Shown: piece by piece, positions 17,549 through 24,696 of the stretch
How positions within the stretch are numbered: the first letter of the stretch is position 1
Layout of the letters: every line of letters begins with the position of its first letter
Source of the DNA: a virus
Taxonomy: Duplodnaviria > Caudoviricetes
Reading direction: 5' to 3' (one strand)
Virus record (IMG/VR): IMGVR_UViG_3300035135_000026
Coordinates: 1 to 30,796 of that record
DNA: 30,796 bases
Position numbers and translations under genes: made by a program
Notes under the pieces: generated by a model
The model's database searches: none
What the model was told of the DNA's origin: nothing
What the model saw: only the letters and a program-made list of their open reading frames with translations

Positions 17549-17682
17549 CAGGATTGCTCCACAGCACCCTTGGTGCGCTTACGTCTTTTTGGCAAGACGG
17601 CTCCGCAGCCTCTCGCTACTGCGGTTCCTTTGATCCGCTTGCCTCGAAACTTGCGTTTCGGTCTTGTCTCTGGGACTCGCAT
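17548..17682 (-). CDS. Tiny basic protein with ARGCGAV motif (44 aa)
   Basis: Not in the track. Hand translation: MRVPETRPKRKFRGKRIKGTAVARGCGAVLPKRRKRTKGAVEQS. TGATG overlaps at both ends. Confidence 0.7.
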   Translation of the reverse strand: MRVPETRPKRKFRGKRIKGTAVARGCGAVLPKRRKRTKGAVEQS

Positions 17683-17915
17683 CAATAGGTCTTACCTTTG
17701 CGTTTAGAAGAGCCAGTCTTTCTTTTAGACTTCTTACTCTTTCCTCCAGTTCCCCAGTTTTTGGCTCCCACTTTTCGGCATTTAGCAATCGCTCCCGAAG
17801 CATACGCCGATGGAAAAACCTTATATCTTGCTTTAACCTTTCGGTAACATGCATCCTTTGCCACTTTAGACCCCTTAGTCGTTTGCTTGGCGGTAGAGCT
17901 GCGCGAGATCGTCAT
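17682..17915 (-). CDS. Small basic protein (PSAYA motif)
   Basis: KDACYRKVKARYKVFPSAYASGAIAKCRK; K/R-rich. The start could alternatively be the internal GTG. Confidence 0.65.
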   Translation of the reverse strand: MTISRSSTAKQTTKGSKVAKDACYRKVKARYKVFPSAYASGAIAKCRKVGAKNWGTGGKSKKSKRKTGSSKRKGKTY

Positions 17916-18111
17916 TGCCTTTCTCCGCTAAAAACGCCTGCCACATGGGTTTGATCATCTCATAGTTAGAGGCGACCTTCTCTTTCACGACGGCAGTGTC
18001 GGTCTTGAGTTCAACGATAGAGATACCTATCCAACCCAAGAACGCCAAAGTCGCACCACTAATGATTGTGCTTAGATTCTTCAACACCGCCACCTTTTCC
18101 TTGCCTGACAA
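17875..18111 (-). CDS. Small single-TM membrane protein
   Basis: Hydrophobic IISGATLAFLGWIGISIV followed by a short coiled segment; start uncertain (probably nearer 18084). Confidence 0.55.
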   Translation of the reverse strand: MSGKEKVAVLKNLSTIISGATLAFLGWIGISIVELKTDTAVVKEKVASNYEMIKPMWQAFLAEKGNDDLAQLYRQAND

Positions 18112-18365
18112 ATACGCTTATTGGGCGTTTTGCGGCAATTGATGTTATGCATCTTCATCTGCCCCTTTGAACGGGAGCAGTAGGAACTGCGGCGTTTCGC
18201 ACGAGACTTGCTCGGCTTTTTCTCCGTTACAGCCGTTTGGAGCTTGCTGCCTGGATTCTTACGGCGGTACGCCGCGACTCCAGCCTTAGTCATTCCCGCC
18301 CCAGACTTAGTGGGGCGGAAATTCTTTTTGTTGCGCTTGGGCATCTTTGCGGCTTTACGAGCCAT
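18081..18365 (-). CDS. Basic protein, DUF6321-like
   Basis: Start at the ATG at 18365 (TAATG overlap). GAGMTKAGVAAYRRKNPGSKL.TAVT...RR.SYC.RS.GQ...ARKRWRC. Confidence 0.65.
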   Translation of the reverse strand: MARKAAKMPKRNKKNFRPTKSGAGMTKAGVAAYRRKNPGSKLQTAVTEKKPSKSRAKRRSSYCSRSKGQMKMHNINCRKTPNKRICQARKRWRC

Positions 18366-18637
18366 TAGCCAAAGAAGCCTGTAATCGAATCTATGTTGGT
18401 AAGTGTCACATGACACTCATCATCAAAGATGATTCCGTGGTCTGGTATAGCAATCTGATTGTCATCAGAGGTGTGGAACACCATAGACAACAAAGTAGCT
18501 CCACCACTACCGTTCTTAAACACCACCGCTGGAGATCCACTAGAGGCTGTCTTTACATAGAAAGCCTTTAGACGAGTTCTCCCGCCCTGCAATGTTCCAG
18601 TCGCCGTTGCCGTTTTAGCAAAAATAGAAGCGGCCAT
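18365..18637 (-). CDS. Conserved small beta-rich virion protein
   Basis: RTRLKAF...IPD.GIIF...SITGFFG; TAGGAGG RBS. Confidence 0.7.
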   Translation of the reverse strand: MAASIFAKTATATGTLQGGRTRLKAFYVKTASSGSPAVVFKNGSGGATLLSMVFHTSDDNQIAIPDHGIIFDDECHVTLTNIDSITGFFG

Positions 18638-18649
18638 GTTCGCCTCCTA

Positions 18650-19120
18650 TTAGCTATCAGCAAATGGAGTAGCAATCGTGCCTGACCCAATCAACTGTCC
18701 TTGAACCATATACTCGGCAGTAGCCAGAGCAGTAATTTCAACATAGCTATTAGCAATACCACCTGTGGTAGTGCCATTCATTGAAATCACATCATTAGTT
18801 GCTCCAGGAACAAACCGTTTATGGGTGCTATTGTTGATGCCAACAGAAACAGAACCAACAAACTTGTCAGTACCATCTGTTTTAATGTCAAGATCGGAAG
18901 CCGTTGTGCCGATGAAAAAACGGTAAACTGCACCGATCTCATCTGACTTGATAGTAGGGAGAGTAACCGCACCATCTGCGTCATTGATTTCAATGACTTT
19001 ACCCGCATGAGCAGCAACGGTGAGGGTGGTCTCTGCGGTAATGTTTACAACAGAGTTTGATCCAGCATTGAACATCCCTGCTTGGGATACAATAGGACCA
19101 GAGAAGGTAGTCCGAGCCAT
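18650..19120 (-). CDS. Putative minor capsid / capsid fibre protein
   Basis: MARTTFSGP...AHAGK...TLP...ATPFADS; first gene after the capsid; AGGAG RBS. Confidence 0.6.
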   Translation of the reverse strand: MARTTFSGPIVSQAGMFNAGSNSVVNITAETTLTVAAHAGKVIEINDADGAVTLPTIKSDEIGAVYRFFIGTTASDLDIKTDGTDKFVGSVSVGINNSTHKRFVPGATNDVISMNGTTTGGIANSYVEITALATAEYMVQGQLIGSGTIATPFADS

Positions 19121-19127
19121 GTCTATC

Positions 19128-19171
19128 TCCTGTCGTGGCTAGTGTCAGATCCACTCTGGACCTGTCAGGAT
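19128..19171 (-). promoter_or_regulatory. Structured 5' leader sequestering the RBS of 18650..19120
   Basis: An outer stem UCCUG/CAGGA overlaps the AGGAG RBS and encloses the hairpin CAGGUCCA-GAG-UGGAUCUG. Confidence 0.5.
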
Positions 19172-19177
19172 ACGAAC

Positions 19178-19206
19178 AGGATACACGAAAAAAGACGGAG
19201 CCGCAA
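19178..19206 (-). promoter_or_regulatory. Sigma70-like promoter embedded in terminator 2
   Basis: TTGCGG, 17-nt spacer, TATCCT. Confidence 0.45.
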
Positions 19207-19219
19207 ATTCTACGGCTCC
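19188..19219 (-). terminator. Intrinsic terminator 2
   Basis: GGAGCCG...CGGCTCC stem followed by GTC and T6. Confidence 0.65.
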
Positions 19220-19250
19220 AAGTTTAGGGAGGAAACTACATGTGTAAGGT
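19188..19250 (-). ncRNA. Candidate ~63-nt small RNA with anti-Shine-Dalgarno loop
   Basis: Lies between an extended -10 (TGT-TATAGT, 19257..19265) and terminator 2; contains AGUUU-CCUCCCU-AAACU. Confidence 0.4.
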
Positions 19251-19266
19251 AAAACTACTATAACAG

Positions 19267-19296
19267 AAAAAAGGGCGGCTCGAAAGCCGCCCTTTT
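19267..19296 (-). terminator. Intrinsic terminator after the major capsid gene (possibly bidirectional)
   Basis: AAAA-GGGCGGCT-TTCG-AGCCGCCC-TTTTTT. Confidence 0.9.
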
Positions 19297-19319
19297 GCCT
19301 AGTAGGAGGACTAGGGTTC

Positions 19320-20231
19320 TTATGCGCCCGGCGAACCAAATACGCAACGCGGATCGGAGAAGCCGAAGCTGTAACGCTCACGAGCCTTGAAACGCATGTT
19401 GCCGGTGTCGAAGTCTGCTTCCATCTGAGTGGAGAGCGGTACACGCTCAAAGTGTACGAAACCACGAGGTGCATCGGTAAGGATGAAGAACGCATCCGTA
19501 TCCGTAAGGAAGTCGTTGACATGGTAACCGTCAGGCAACATCCCCATGGAGCGAATTGCGTTAACATCGTTATCCGCAGTACCCACACGCAGGTTGGACA
19601 CCATCAGGCGCTCTGCAACGAACTGAAGCTGACGAGGTATGATCAGCTTCATGCCGCGAAGGGCGACCTTCAGGCCACGCTCATCAACGAAACCAGCGAT
19701 GCTGATCAGAGCGTCCTCAAGCGAGGTCTCGTTCAGGTCAGCGGCTGTGCTTGGCTCGTTAGCAAACGTGCTACCATTTGTAAGCGGGTGTGATGCGTCA
19801 CAGAGTGCAACGCCGTCACCGCCAGCAGACGCACCAGCCGTAAACGCATTGTTAAGAATGCTGGCTGCTTTGACCTGCTTCGTGTGTGCCATTGAACGGG
19901 CGAGAGCACGAGTGTAGCGCGAAGAAAGACGATCATAGAGATTGTCTTCTACGGCTTCTTCTGTGATCGAAAACGCCAGTGCAATGGTTTCGTGGTTGTA
20001 CCGAGCGGTGTACGCTTCGTTGGCATCATCAAAATTGATGGCGGAACCTTCCGACTTAGTCGGTGCGGCGCCAAAGCCACTCAGCATAACTTCTTCCTCA
20101 AATGCTCGATCTGAGGACTCGGTGGTGTAGATTTCGGCGTGCTGGCCTTCGTACCGGTTGTACTCCATGCCAAACAAGGCATTGAGACCAGGCTCCAGCT
20201 CTTTCGCCAGTTGTGCGCGAGAAATAGCCAT
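19320..20231 (-). CDS. Major capsid protein
   Basis: MAISRAQLAKELEPGLNALFG..., ITEEAVEDNLY, GGDGVAL....HP, DLNETSLE, KARERYSFG.SDPR. Strong AAGGAGG RBS and a terminator immediately after. Confidence 0.9.
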   Translation of the reverse strand: MAISRAQLAKELEPGLNALFGMEYNRYEGQHAEIYTTESSDRAFEEEVMLSGFGAAPTKSEGSAINFDDANEAYTARYNHETIALAFSITEEAVEDNLYDRLSSRYTRALARSMAHTKQVKAASILNNAFTAGASAGGDGVALCDASHPLTNGSTFANEPSTAADLNETSLEDALISIAGFVDERGLKVALRGMKLIIPRQLQFVAERLMVSNLRVGTADNDVNAIRSMGMLPDGYHVNDFLTDTDAFFILTDAPRGFVHFERVPLSTQMEADFDTGNMRFKARERYSFGFSDPRCVFGSPGA

Positions 20232-20243
20232 TACTGAGCCTCC

Positions 20244-20888
20244 TTATACGCCGGTGGTCGAAACAGTGCCACCCGCAATAGCACCGTTAGCACTATTGAA
20301 GTGGTTGTTCAGACGCACGATTACAGGGATACCAGCTGCGGCAAAATCCTCGTTCTCAGGATCTTCCTGCCAACCCATGATACGCAGATTGAGCGTATTC
20401 GTGGTGTTGATAGTGCCTGTACCCAACGTCGCAGAAGAAATACCTGTGGTAGTAGAACCAGAAGTACCTGCTGCAAAGTTTGCGTTGGCAAAGACATGAC
20501 CACGAAGAGTTGCTTTGCTGGTGATAGATGCATCCGTCGCAATTGCGAACAACTGCATTGGATCATCATACACGAAAGCCTTGACGGGATGATTCGTATC
20601 CGCGCCAGAACCAGGCCAGTAGTTAGAGAAGATTTTCTCGCCAGTGGTTGAAGATACATACTCACAACCGCCAAAAGCACCAAGCAAGCCTACCGTTCCA
20701 CCTGCCGCCGCGCCCACAATGTCAATAAAACCTGTGGACAGAGGAATGACCGGGGAACCTTGGTAGATGACGTTGCTGTTGCCTGCGGCAATCTCGTAGA
20801 GTGTGTACCCAGACGCACCGGTTGAATTGGCGTTCTGCCCCAGCTTAGAGATAGGGCGGAGGCCAAAAGCACCGTTAGCATTTGCCAT
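20244..20888 (-). CDS. Capsid decoration/cement-like protein
   Basis: MAN..GAFGLRP, IYQG.PV, G.F.GCEY, V.DDP; directly upstream of the major capsid gene. Confidence 0.65.
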   Translation of the reverse strand: MANANGAFGLRPISKLGQNANSTGASGYTLYEIAAGNSNVIYQGSPVIPLSTGFIDIVGAAAGGTVGLLGAFGGCEYVSSTTGEKIFSNYWPGSGADTNHPVKAFVYDDPMQLFAIATDASITSKATLRGHVFANANFAAGTSGSTTTGISSATLGTGTINTTNTLNLRIMGWQEDPENEDFAAAGIPVIVRLNNHFNSANGAIAGGTVSTTGV

Positions 20889-20908
20889 GGGTGTTGCTCC
20901 TTATCAAT

Positions 20909-21370
20909 CTACTCGGAGTCGCCTTTGCGACCTCCGAAAGTTACACGACTTTGCCTATCGTTAGTGATAGGCATCGAAGGATGCTGTTCCTTCATTAAGT
21001 CCTGGTCAACAGCCGTCATTTGTTCGCGGGTCCGTCCCCGGTAATATTCGGTTCTTTCCTGCGCTGTCTCTTCAGGTATACGGGCTAGCATTAACCCACC
21101 GTTACCAATCACACCGGCATGTGAGCCTTCATCAAGAACCGCATAGTCATGTCCAGGGTACTCATCAGCTCTGACTGGTTCCCATCCCTCACGAAGTTTC
21201 GCGTGGACGTTCATCTTGTCTTCGTCGCCTCTGAGAGATGTCCTGATCCAACGATGGCGATACCCATCAGGCGGTGTCGGTGCATCTAGTCGGCTGGGCG
21301 GTGCCCATGGTTTCCTGCGCGTTTGCTTCTCGCGTGTCTGTGTAGACCGTGGTTGTCTTGTATCACTCAT
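20909..21370 (-). CDS. Conserved head-region protein
   Basis: KPWAPPS.LDAP.PPDG..HRWIR...KLREGWEPVRADEY...GGLMLARIP. Confidence 0.75.
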   Translation of the reverse strand: MSDTRQPRSTQTREKQTRRKPWAPPSRLDAPTPPDGYRHRWIRTSLRGDEDKMNVHAKLREGWEPVRADEYPGHDYAVLDEGSHAGVIGNGGLMLARIPEETAQERTEYYRGRTREQMTAVDQDLMKEQHPSMPITNDRQSRVTFGGRKGDSE

Positions 21371-21373
21371 AAC

Positions 21374-22258
21374 TTAGTCCTTTACATACTTAGCGTATTC
21401 TTCCAAAGGAACTCCAAGTTTTTTAGCCATTGCTATCTGTGATGGTGACAACTTGACAGTCCTGCGCCCCTGCTTGTTGCTGCGGGATGCGGAAGTAGAA
21501 GCCGAGGCGACCCTTGTACTTCCCCCGTTCTGTTTGGCTCCCAACTCATTTGGAAAACGAGATTTAAGACGGGAGTCCAATTCATTGTAGTAGTCATCGC
21601 TAGATGGGTCAAACCCTTCTTCGTTGACTAGGTTGTTGTGAATCACAAACGCGGCCTGTGTCATGATCTCGTCATCACCAAACCATTCGTTTGTCTCCGC
21701 CCACTTCTGCGCTCGTGGGTCTGGCTGTGCCTGTTGTGGCTGTGCCTGTGTCTCCTGCGGAACCTCAACAGGTTGTGCCTGTTGCTCTTGCCGCTGTTTA
21801 GCAAGCCTGTAGCGTTCTTGCTCAATGGCGATCTGTGACAGTGCCTGTTGAGAATTGAACAGAGCATCCGCGTCACCGCGCTCATGAGCGTCCGTATATG
21901 CACGCTTGGCTTGCTCTAGCTGAGACTCCAGTCGAGTGCCGTACTCACTGAGGTAGCCTTGATCAAGGTTATTGAGCTTGGTCTTGAGTTGCTCGTTCTC
22001 TTTCTTCAAGACATCCGCAAGCCGCGCAGCTTCTTCCTTGTCGCGCTCGGCATAGCGATACTTCTCAGTCAGCTTCTTGATGCGCTTCTGAACACCCTTG
22101 CTGTAACTGTCTAATTCATCCTCGGACGCTTCAGACGTTTCGGCAGGCTCTTCAGTCTGAACCTCAACACGCTCTTCTTCAGCGTTGACCGTCTTCTTGT
22201 CGTCCTCGAGCGTTACCTCAACGCTCTCCTCTTCAACTGCTGCTTGAGCCTCTGCCAT
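21374..22258 (-). CDS. Capsid scaffolding protein
   Basis: Acidic N-terminus, coiled coil (YSKGVQKRIKKLT), PDPRA..WA..N.WFG, and basic C-terminal VKLSPSQIAMAKKLGVPLEEYAK. Start at 22258 (after AAGGAG) or 22276. Confidence 0.75.
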   Translation of the reverse strand: MAEAQAAVEEESVEVTLEDDKKTVNAEEERVEVQTEEPAETSEASEDELDSYSKGVQKRIKKLTEKYRYAERDKEEAARLADVLKKENEQLKTKLNNLDQGYLSEYGTRLESQLEQAKRAYTDAHERGDADALFNSQQALSQIAIEQERYRLAKQRQEQQAQPVEVPQETQAQPQQAQPDPRAQKWAETNEWFGDDEIMTQAAFVIHNNLVNEEGFDPSSDDYYNELDSRLKSRFPNELGAKQNGGSTRVASASTSASRSNKQGRRTVKLSPSQIAMAKKLGVPLEEYAKYVKD

Positions 22259-22268
22259 CTCCGTCTCC

Positions 22269-22736
22269 TTAGACATGCTTCACATCATCGGGTTCAAGAA
22301 GAGTAGCGATCACTTCGTCATCGTTGATGATGCGAACCTCTCCACCCTCAATCTTGAACCTAGACCCTGCATAACGACCAATGCACACCCACTGACCTTC
22401 CTGACACCATGGCTCTGGGCTATCACCAAACTTGTTGGGATCTTGATAAGCCAACGGACCTAGCTTCAGCACATACGCTACTACCGTAGCCAATGCCTCA
22501 CGCTCACGGGCTTGATCAGGAATAAGAATGCCGCCATCAGTCTTTGCCTTGCCTTGATAAGGCATGACAAGAAGCCGCCAACCCGTAGGTTGCGGCAGGC
22601 GTTCTTTCAGGGATTTGTCGATAAGACTAGGGTCTAGGACTCGCTGGTCTGCCTCTACATAAGCCGACTCTGCGGAAACGGGATCTTTTGCTTTTGATCT
22701 GGCAACATGATCAGGAACGTATAATGTCTTCGCCAT
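22269..22736 (-). CDS. groES: Co-chaperonin GroES (Cpn10) homologue
   Basis: P.GWRLLV, KTDGGILIPD mobile loop, VLKLGP, GRYAG, IINDDEVIA. Confidence 0.85.
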   Translation of the reverse strand: MAKTLYVPDHVARSKAKDPVSAESAYVEADQRVLDPSLIDKSLKERLPQPTGWRLLVMPYQGKAKTDGGILIPDQAREREALATVVAYVLKLGPLAYQDPNKFGDSPEPWCQEGQWVCIGRYAGSRFKIEGGEVRIINDDEVIATLLEPDDVKHV

Positions 22737-22923
22737 CGTCTACGTTTTTCTCCAGCAGGGATTTGATTTCTTCCTTGGCGTAGACAAGTCCCTGTACTTC
22801 TCCCACCAGCCGCTGGTATTGCTCAAAGTTCTGAACACCACCAGATGTCAACATTTCAGCGACTTGTTCCTCTCGCTGTTCCAACAACCTATAAACATAT
22901 TTTGCGAAGTCTGCAACATCCAT
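22711..22923 (-). CDS. Conserved small helical protein
   Basis: GGVQNFEQYQRLVGEVQGL motif; sits upstream of groES. Confidence 0.7.
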   Translation of the reverse strand: MDVADFAKYVYRLLEQREEQVAEMLTSGGVQNFEQYQRLVGEVQGLVYAKEEIKSLLEKNVDDGEDIIRS

Positions 22924-22930
22924 CGGACAA

Positions 22931-23290
22931 TTAATATGTGCCGCTGAAGTTTTTGCCTCTCACAACGGCACCGCAACCACGAGCCATACCATCGGCTTTT
23001 ACGCTCATGCCGCTACGAAAACCTTTAACTCTGCCGCCAGTAGCAAACTCCGTTTGGAACAGTTCAGCCTTGATGATCTTAATCTCTTCCGCATCGTCAT
23101 CATCCATAGGGTCAAGATCCTCAAGTTTTTGCATGAGCATCTCACGACGAACATCACCGCCCTCATCAAACTTAACCATGCCGCCATCGGCCTTACGAAG
23201 CTCTTCAAAGTCCTCGCCAGTAATCTTATCGCGAGGCTCTGCCACACGGGCAATCTTCATCTGCTTTTCGGTGTATTTGTTTTTGGGCAT
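22931..23290 (-). CDS. Small protein with repeated xxxGGxV motifs, ARGCGAV and C-terminal FSGTY
   Basis: KADGGMV, FDEGGDV, FATGGRV, degenerate FRSGMSV; TAGGAG RBS. Confidence 0.7.
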   Translation of the reverse strand: MPKNKYTEKQMKIARVAEPRDKITGEDFEELRKADGGMVKFDEGGDVRREMLMQKLEDLDPMDDDDAEEIKIIKAELFQTEFATGGRVKGFRSGMSVKADGMARGCGAVVRGKNFSGTY

Positions 23291-23299
23291 CGAGGACTC

Positions 23300-23689
23300 C
23301 TATTTCTTGCCAAAGAACTTCGTTGCTGATCTAACGCCAAAGCTGGCCGCTACAATCACACCCAGTGTATACTGATACCAGTCCGGCATCACCTCCAAAG
23401 CCGCGAAACCCTCCGCAACAATGGTTCTACCCCATTCTCCGGCAAACGCTAGTATCAGCGGAATCGAGAACAGAATCGTTAGCCACTCGTCCTTCCAAGA
23501 CGACTGACTACCCTTCGCCATCAGCTTTTCCCAATCAGCCGTTGACGTTGCAGCAGACACCATCACCTTGGCTTCAGCTTCCGCCTTGGCCTTGGCAACC
23601 GCAGATTTGCCGCGTTGCTCTTCCGTTTTTGAGTCCATCCACGACCCAATCAGGCCGGATACAGGACCAATAAGTGCTTGTAACATCAA
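23300..23689 (-). CDS. Holin-like protein (3TM gene-transfer-release holin family)
   Basis: Amphipathic N-terminus, SSWKDEW followed by a TM segment, and MPDWYQY..GVIVAASFG.R. Confidence 0.65.
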   Translation of the reverse strand: MMLQALIGPVSGLIGSWMDSKTEEQRGKSAVAKAKAEAEAKVMVSAATSTADWEKLMAKGSQSSWKDEWLTILFSIPLILAFAGEWGRTIVAEGFAALEVMPDWYQYTLGVIVAASFGVRSATKFFGKK

Positions 23690-23913
23690 TACACCTTTAC
23701 CTGATCTGGGTTGACCTGTCTAGGAACACAGTACGCTGTAACTCGATCCTTGGGATCTAACAGGTCCGAATACTTGTAGTTTCCGTACCTTTTGGAGACT
23801 TGATTCGCAAAGTAGTTACATTCAGTGATCGAATAGAAATACATGTTTCCACTCTCTAGCTTGCGAAAGTCTCCGGTTCCCAGATAAACCAACAACAAGA
23901 AGGCATCTACCAT
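23686..23913 (-). CDS. Small hypothetical, possibly envelope-associated protein
   Basis: Start at the ATG at 23913 (TAATG overlap). Hydrophobic AFLLLVYLG, YFYSITECNYFA, TAYCVP (two Cys). Confidence 0.6.
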   Translation of the reverse strand: MVDAFLLLVYLGTGDFRKLESGNMYFYSITECNYFANQVSKRYGNYKYSDLLDPKDRVTAYCVPRQVNPDQVKVY

Positions 23914-24224
23914 TACTTGCGACTCATCCAAGCTGTAGTGCCCATATACGCACCTACGATGCCAGCTCCACTAATATAAAACAAGTTACTTATGTCCGCC
24001 AACGCCGACACCCGCTCAACCGGCACAAAGAACATCGCGACTGTAAAAGCACCCATTGCTCCCAACGAGGCCGTCGCCATACGGCGCTGTGCCCGTAGTT
24101 TACGCATCTCGTGCTCGGCCTGACGTATCTCTTTGGCGTGGGCGAGTTCCTCGTCCGTAATTTCGCCATCGCCGTCCAGATCATACTCAGCATACTCAGT
24201 GTCCTTCTGAAACTTCTTAACCAT
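23913..24224 (-). CDS. EF-hand-loop, two-TM membrane protein
   Basis: Start at the ATG at 24224 after AGGAGG. DLDGDGEITDEE is a canonical 12-residue EF loop; two hydrophobic segments follow. Confidence 0.7.
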   Translation of the reverse strand: MVKKFQKDTEYAEYDLDGDGEITDEELAHAKEIRQAEHEMRKLRAQRRMATASLGAMGAFTVAMFFVPVERVSALADISNLFYISGAGIVGAYMGTTAWMSRK

Positions 24225-24696
24225 TCTCCCTCCTTTTGACGTACAGCCAAGCAAGAAAGACTAGGAACGCTCCGACCATCGTCAGCAAAAGTATGATGCA
24301 AAGCACTTCAACAAACTTCCGGCGCCGCTCTCGTTGCCGATACAGTGTCTCCTGACGCTGCTTTCGGATCCGACCTTCCATACGAATCAGTTCATCCCAG
24401 TGAGATTGACCCATGGTGTACTGAATCCATTGCTGGAGTTCTTGACGCTGTTGCTGTGCTTTTTTCTTGGCGGCGAAGACTTCAATAGCTTCTTGTTCGA
24501 CGGTCTTGCCGCCGAATAGCTTCTTGAATATAGGGGGGTTCTTGGCCTCTTTCTCGGCCTGGTCAAGGTCGGACAGTGCACCCATCCAACGCGAAAGGTC
24601 GGATGCCATCGCCTCGATGTCCCGTCCTATCGCAAAACCTTTTTTAATGGCTCCAAATGCCGCCGAAGCGGTAGCCATCGCAGTTACTGGATCCAA
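24217..24696 (-). CDS. Helical protein with C-terminal TM anchor
   Basis: TTG start; MDPVTAMATASAAF..IKKG; coiled segments; VLCIILLLTMVGAFLVFLAWL. Confidence 0.7.
   Translation of the reverse strand: MDPVTAMATASAAFGAIKKGFAIGRDIEAMASDLSRWMGALSDLDQAEKEAKNPPIFKKLFGGKTVEQEAIEVFAAKKKAQQQRQELQQWIQYTMGQSHWDELIRMEGRIRKQRQETLYRQRERRRKFVEVLCIILLLTMVGAFLVFLAWLYVKRRENG

Noticed and set aside
19145-19588. 147-aa minus-strand ORF overlapping the capsid 3' end, suggesting a frameshifted capsid extension
   Set aside because: It runs through two intrinsic terminators, has no clear slippery site near the capsid stop, and its translation looks non-protein-like.
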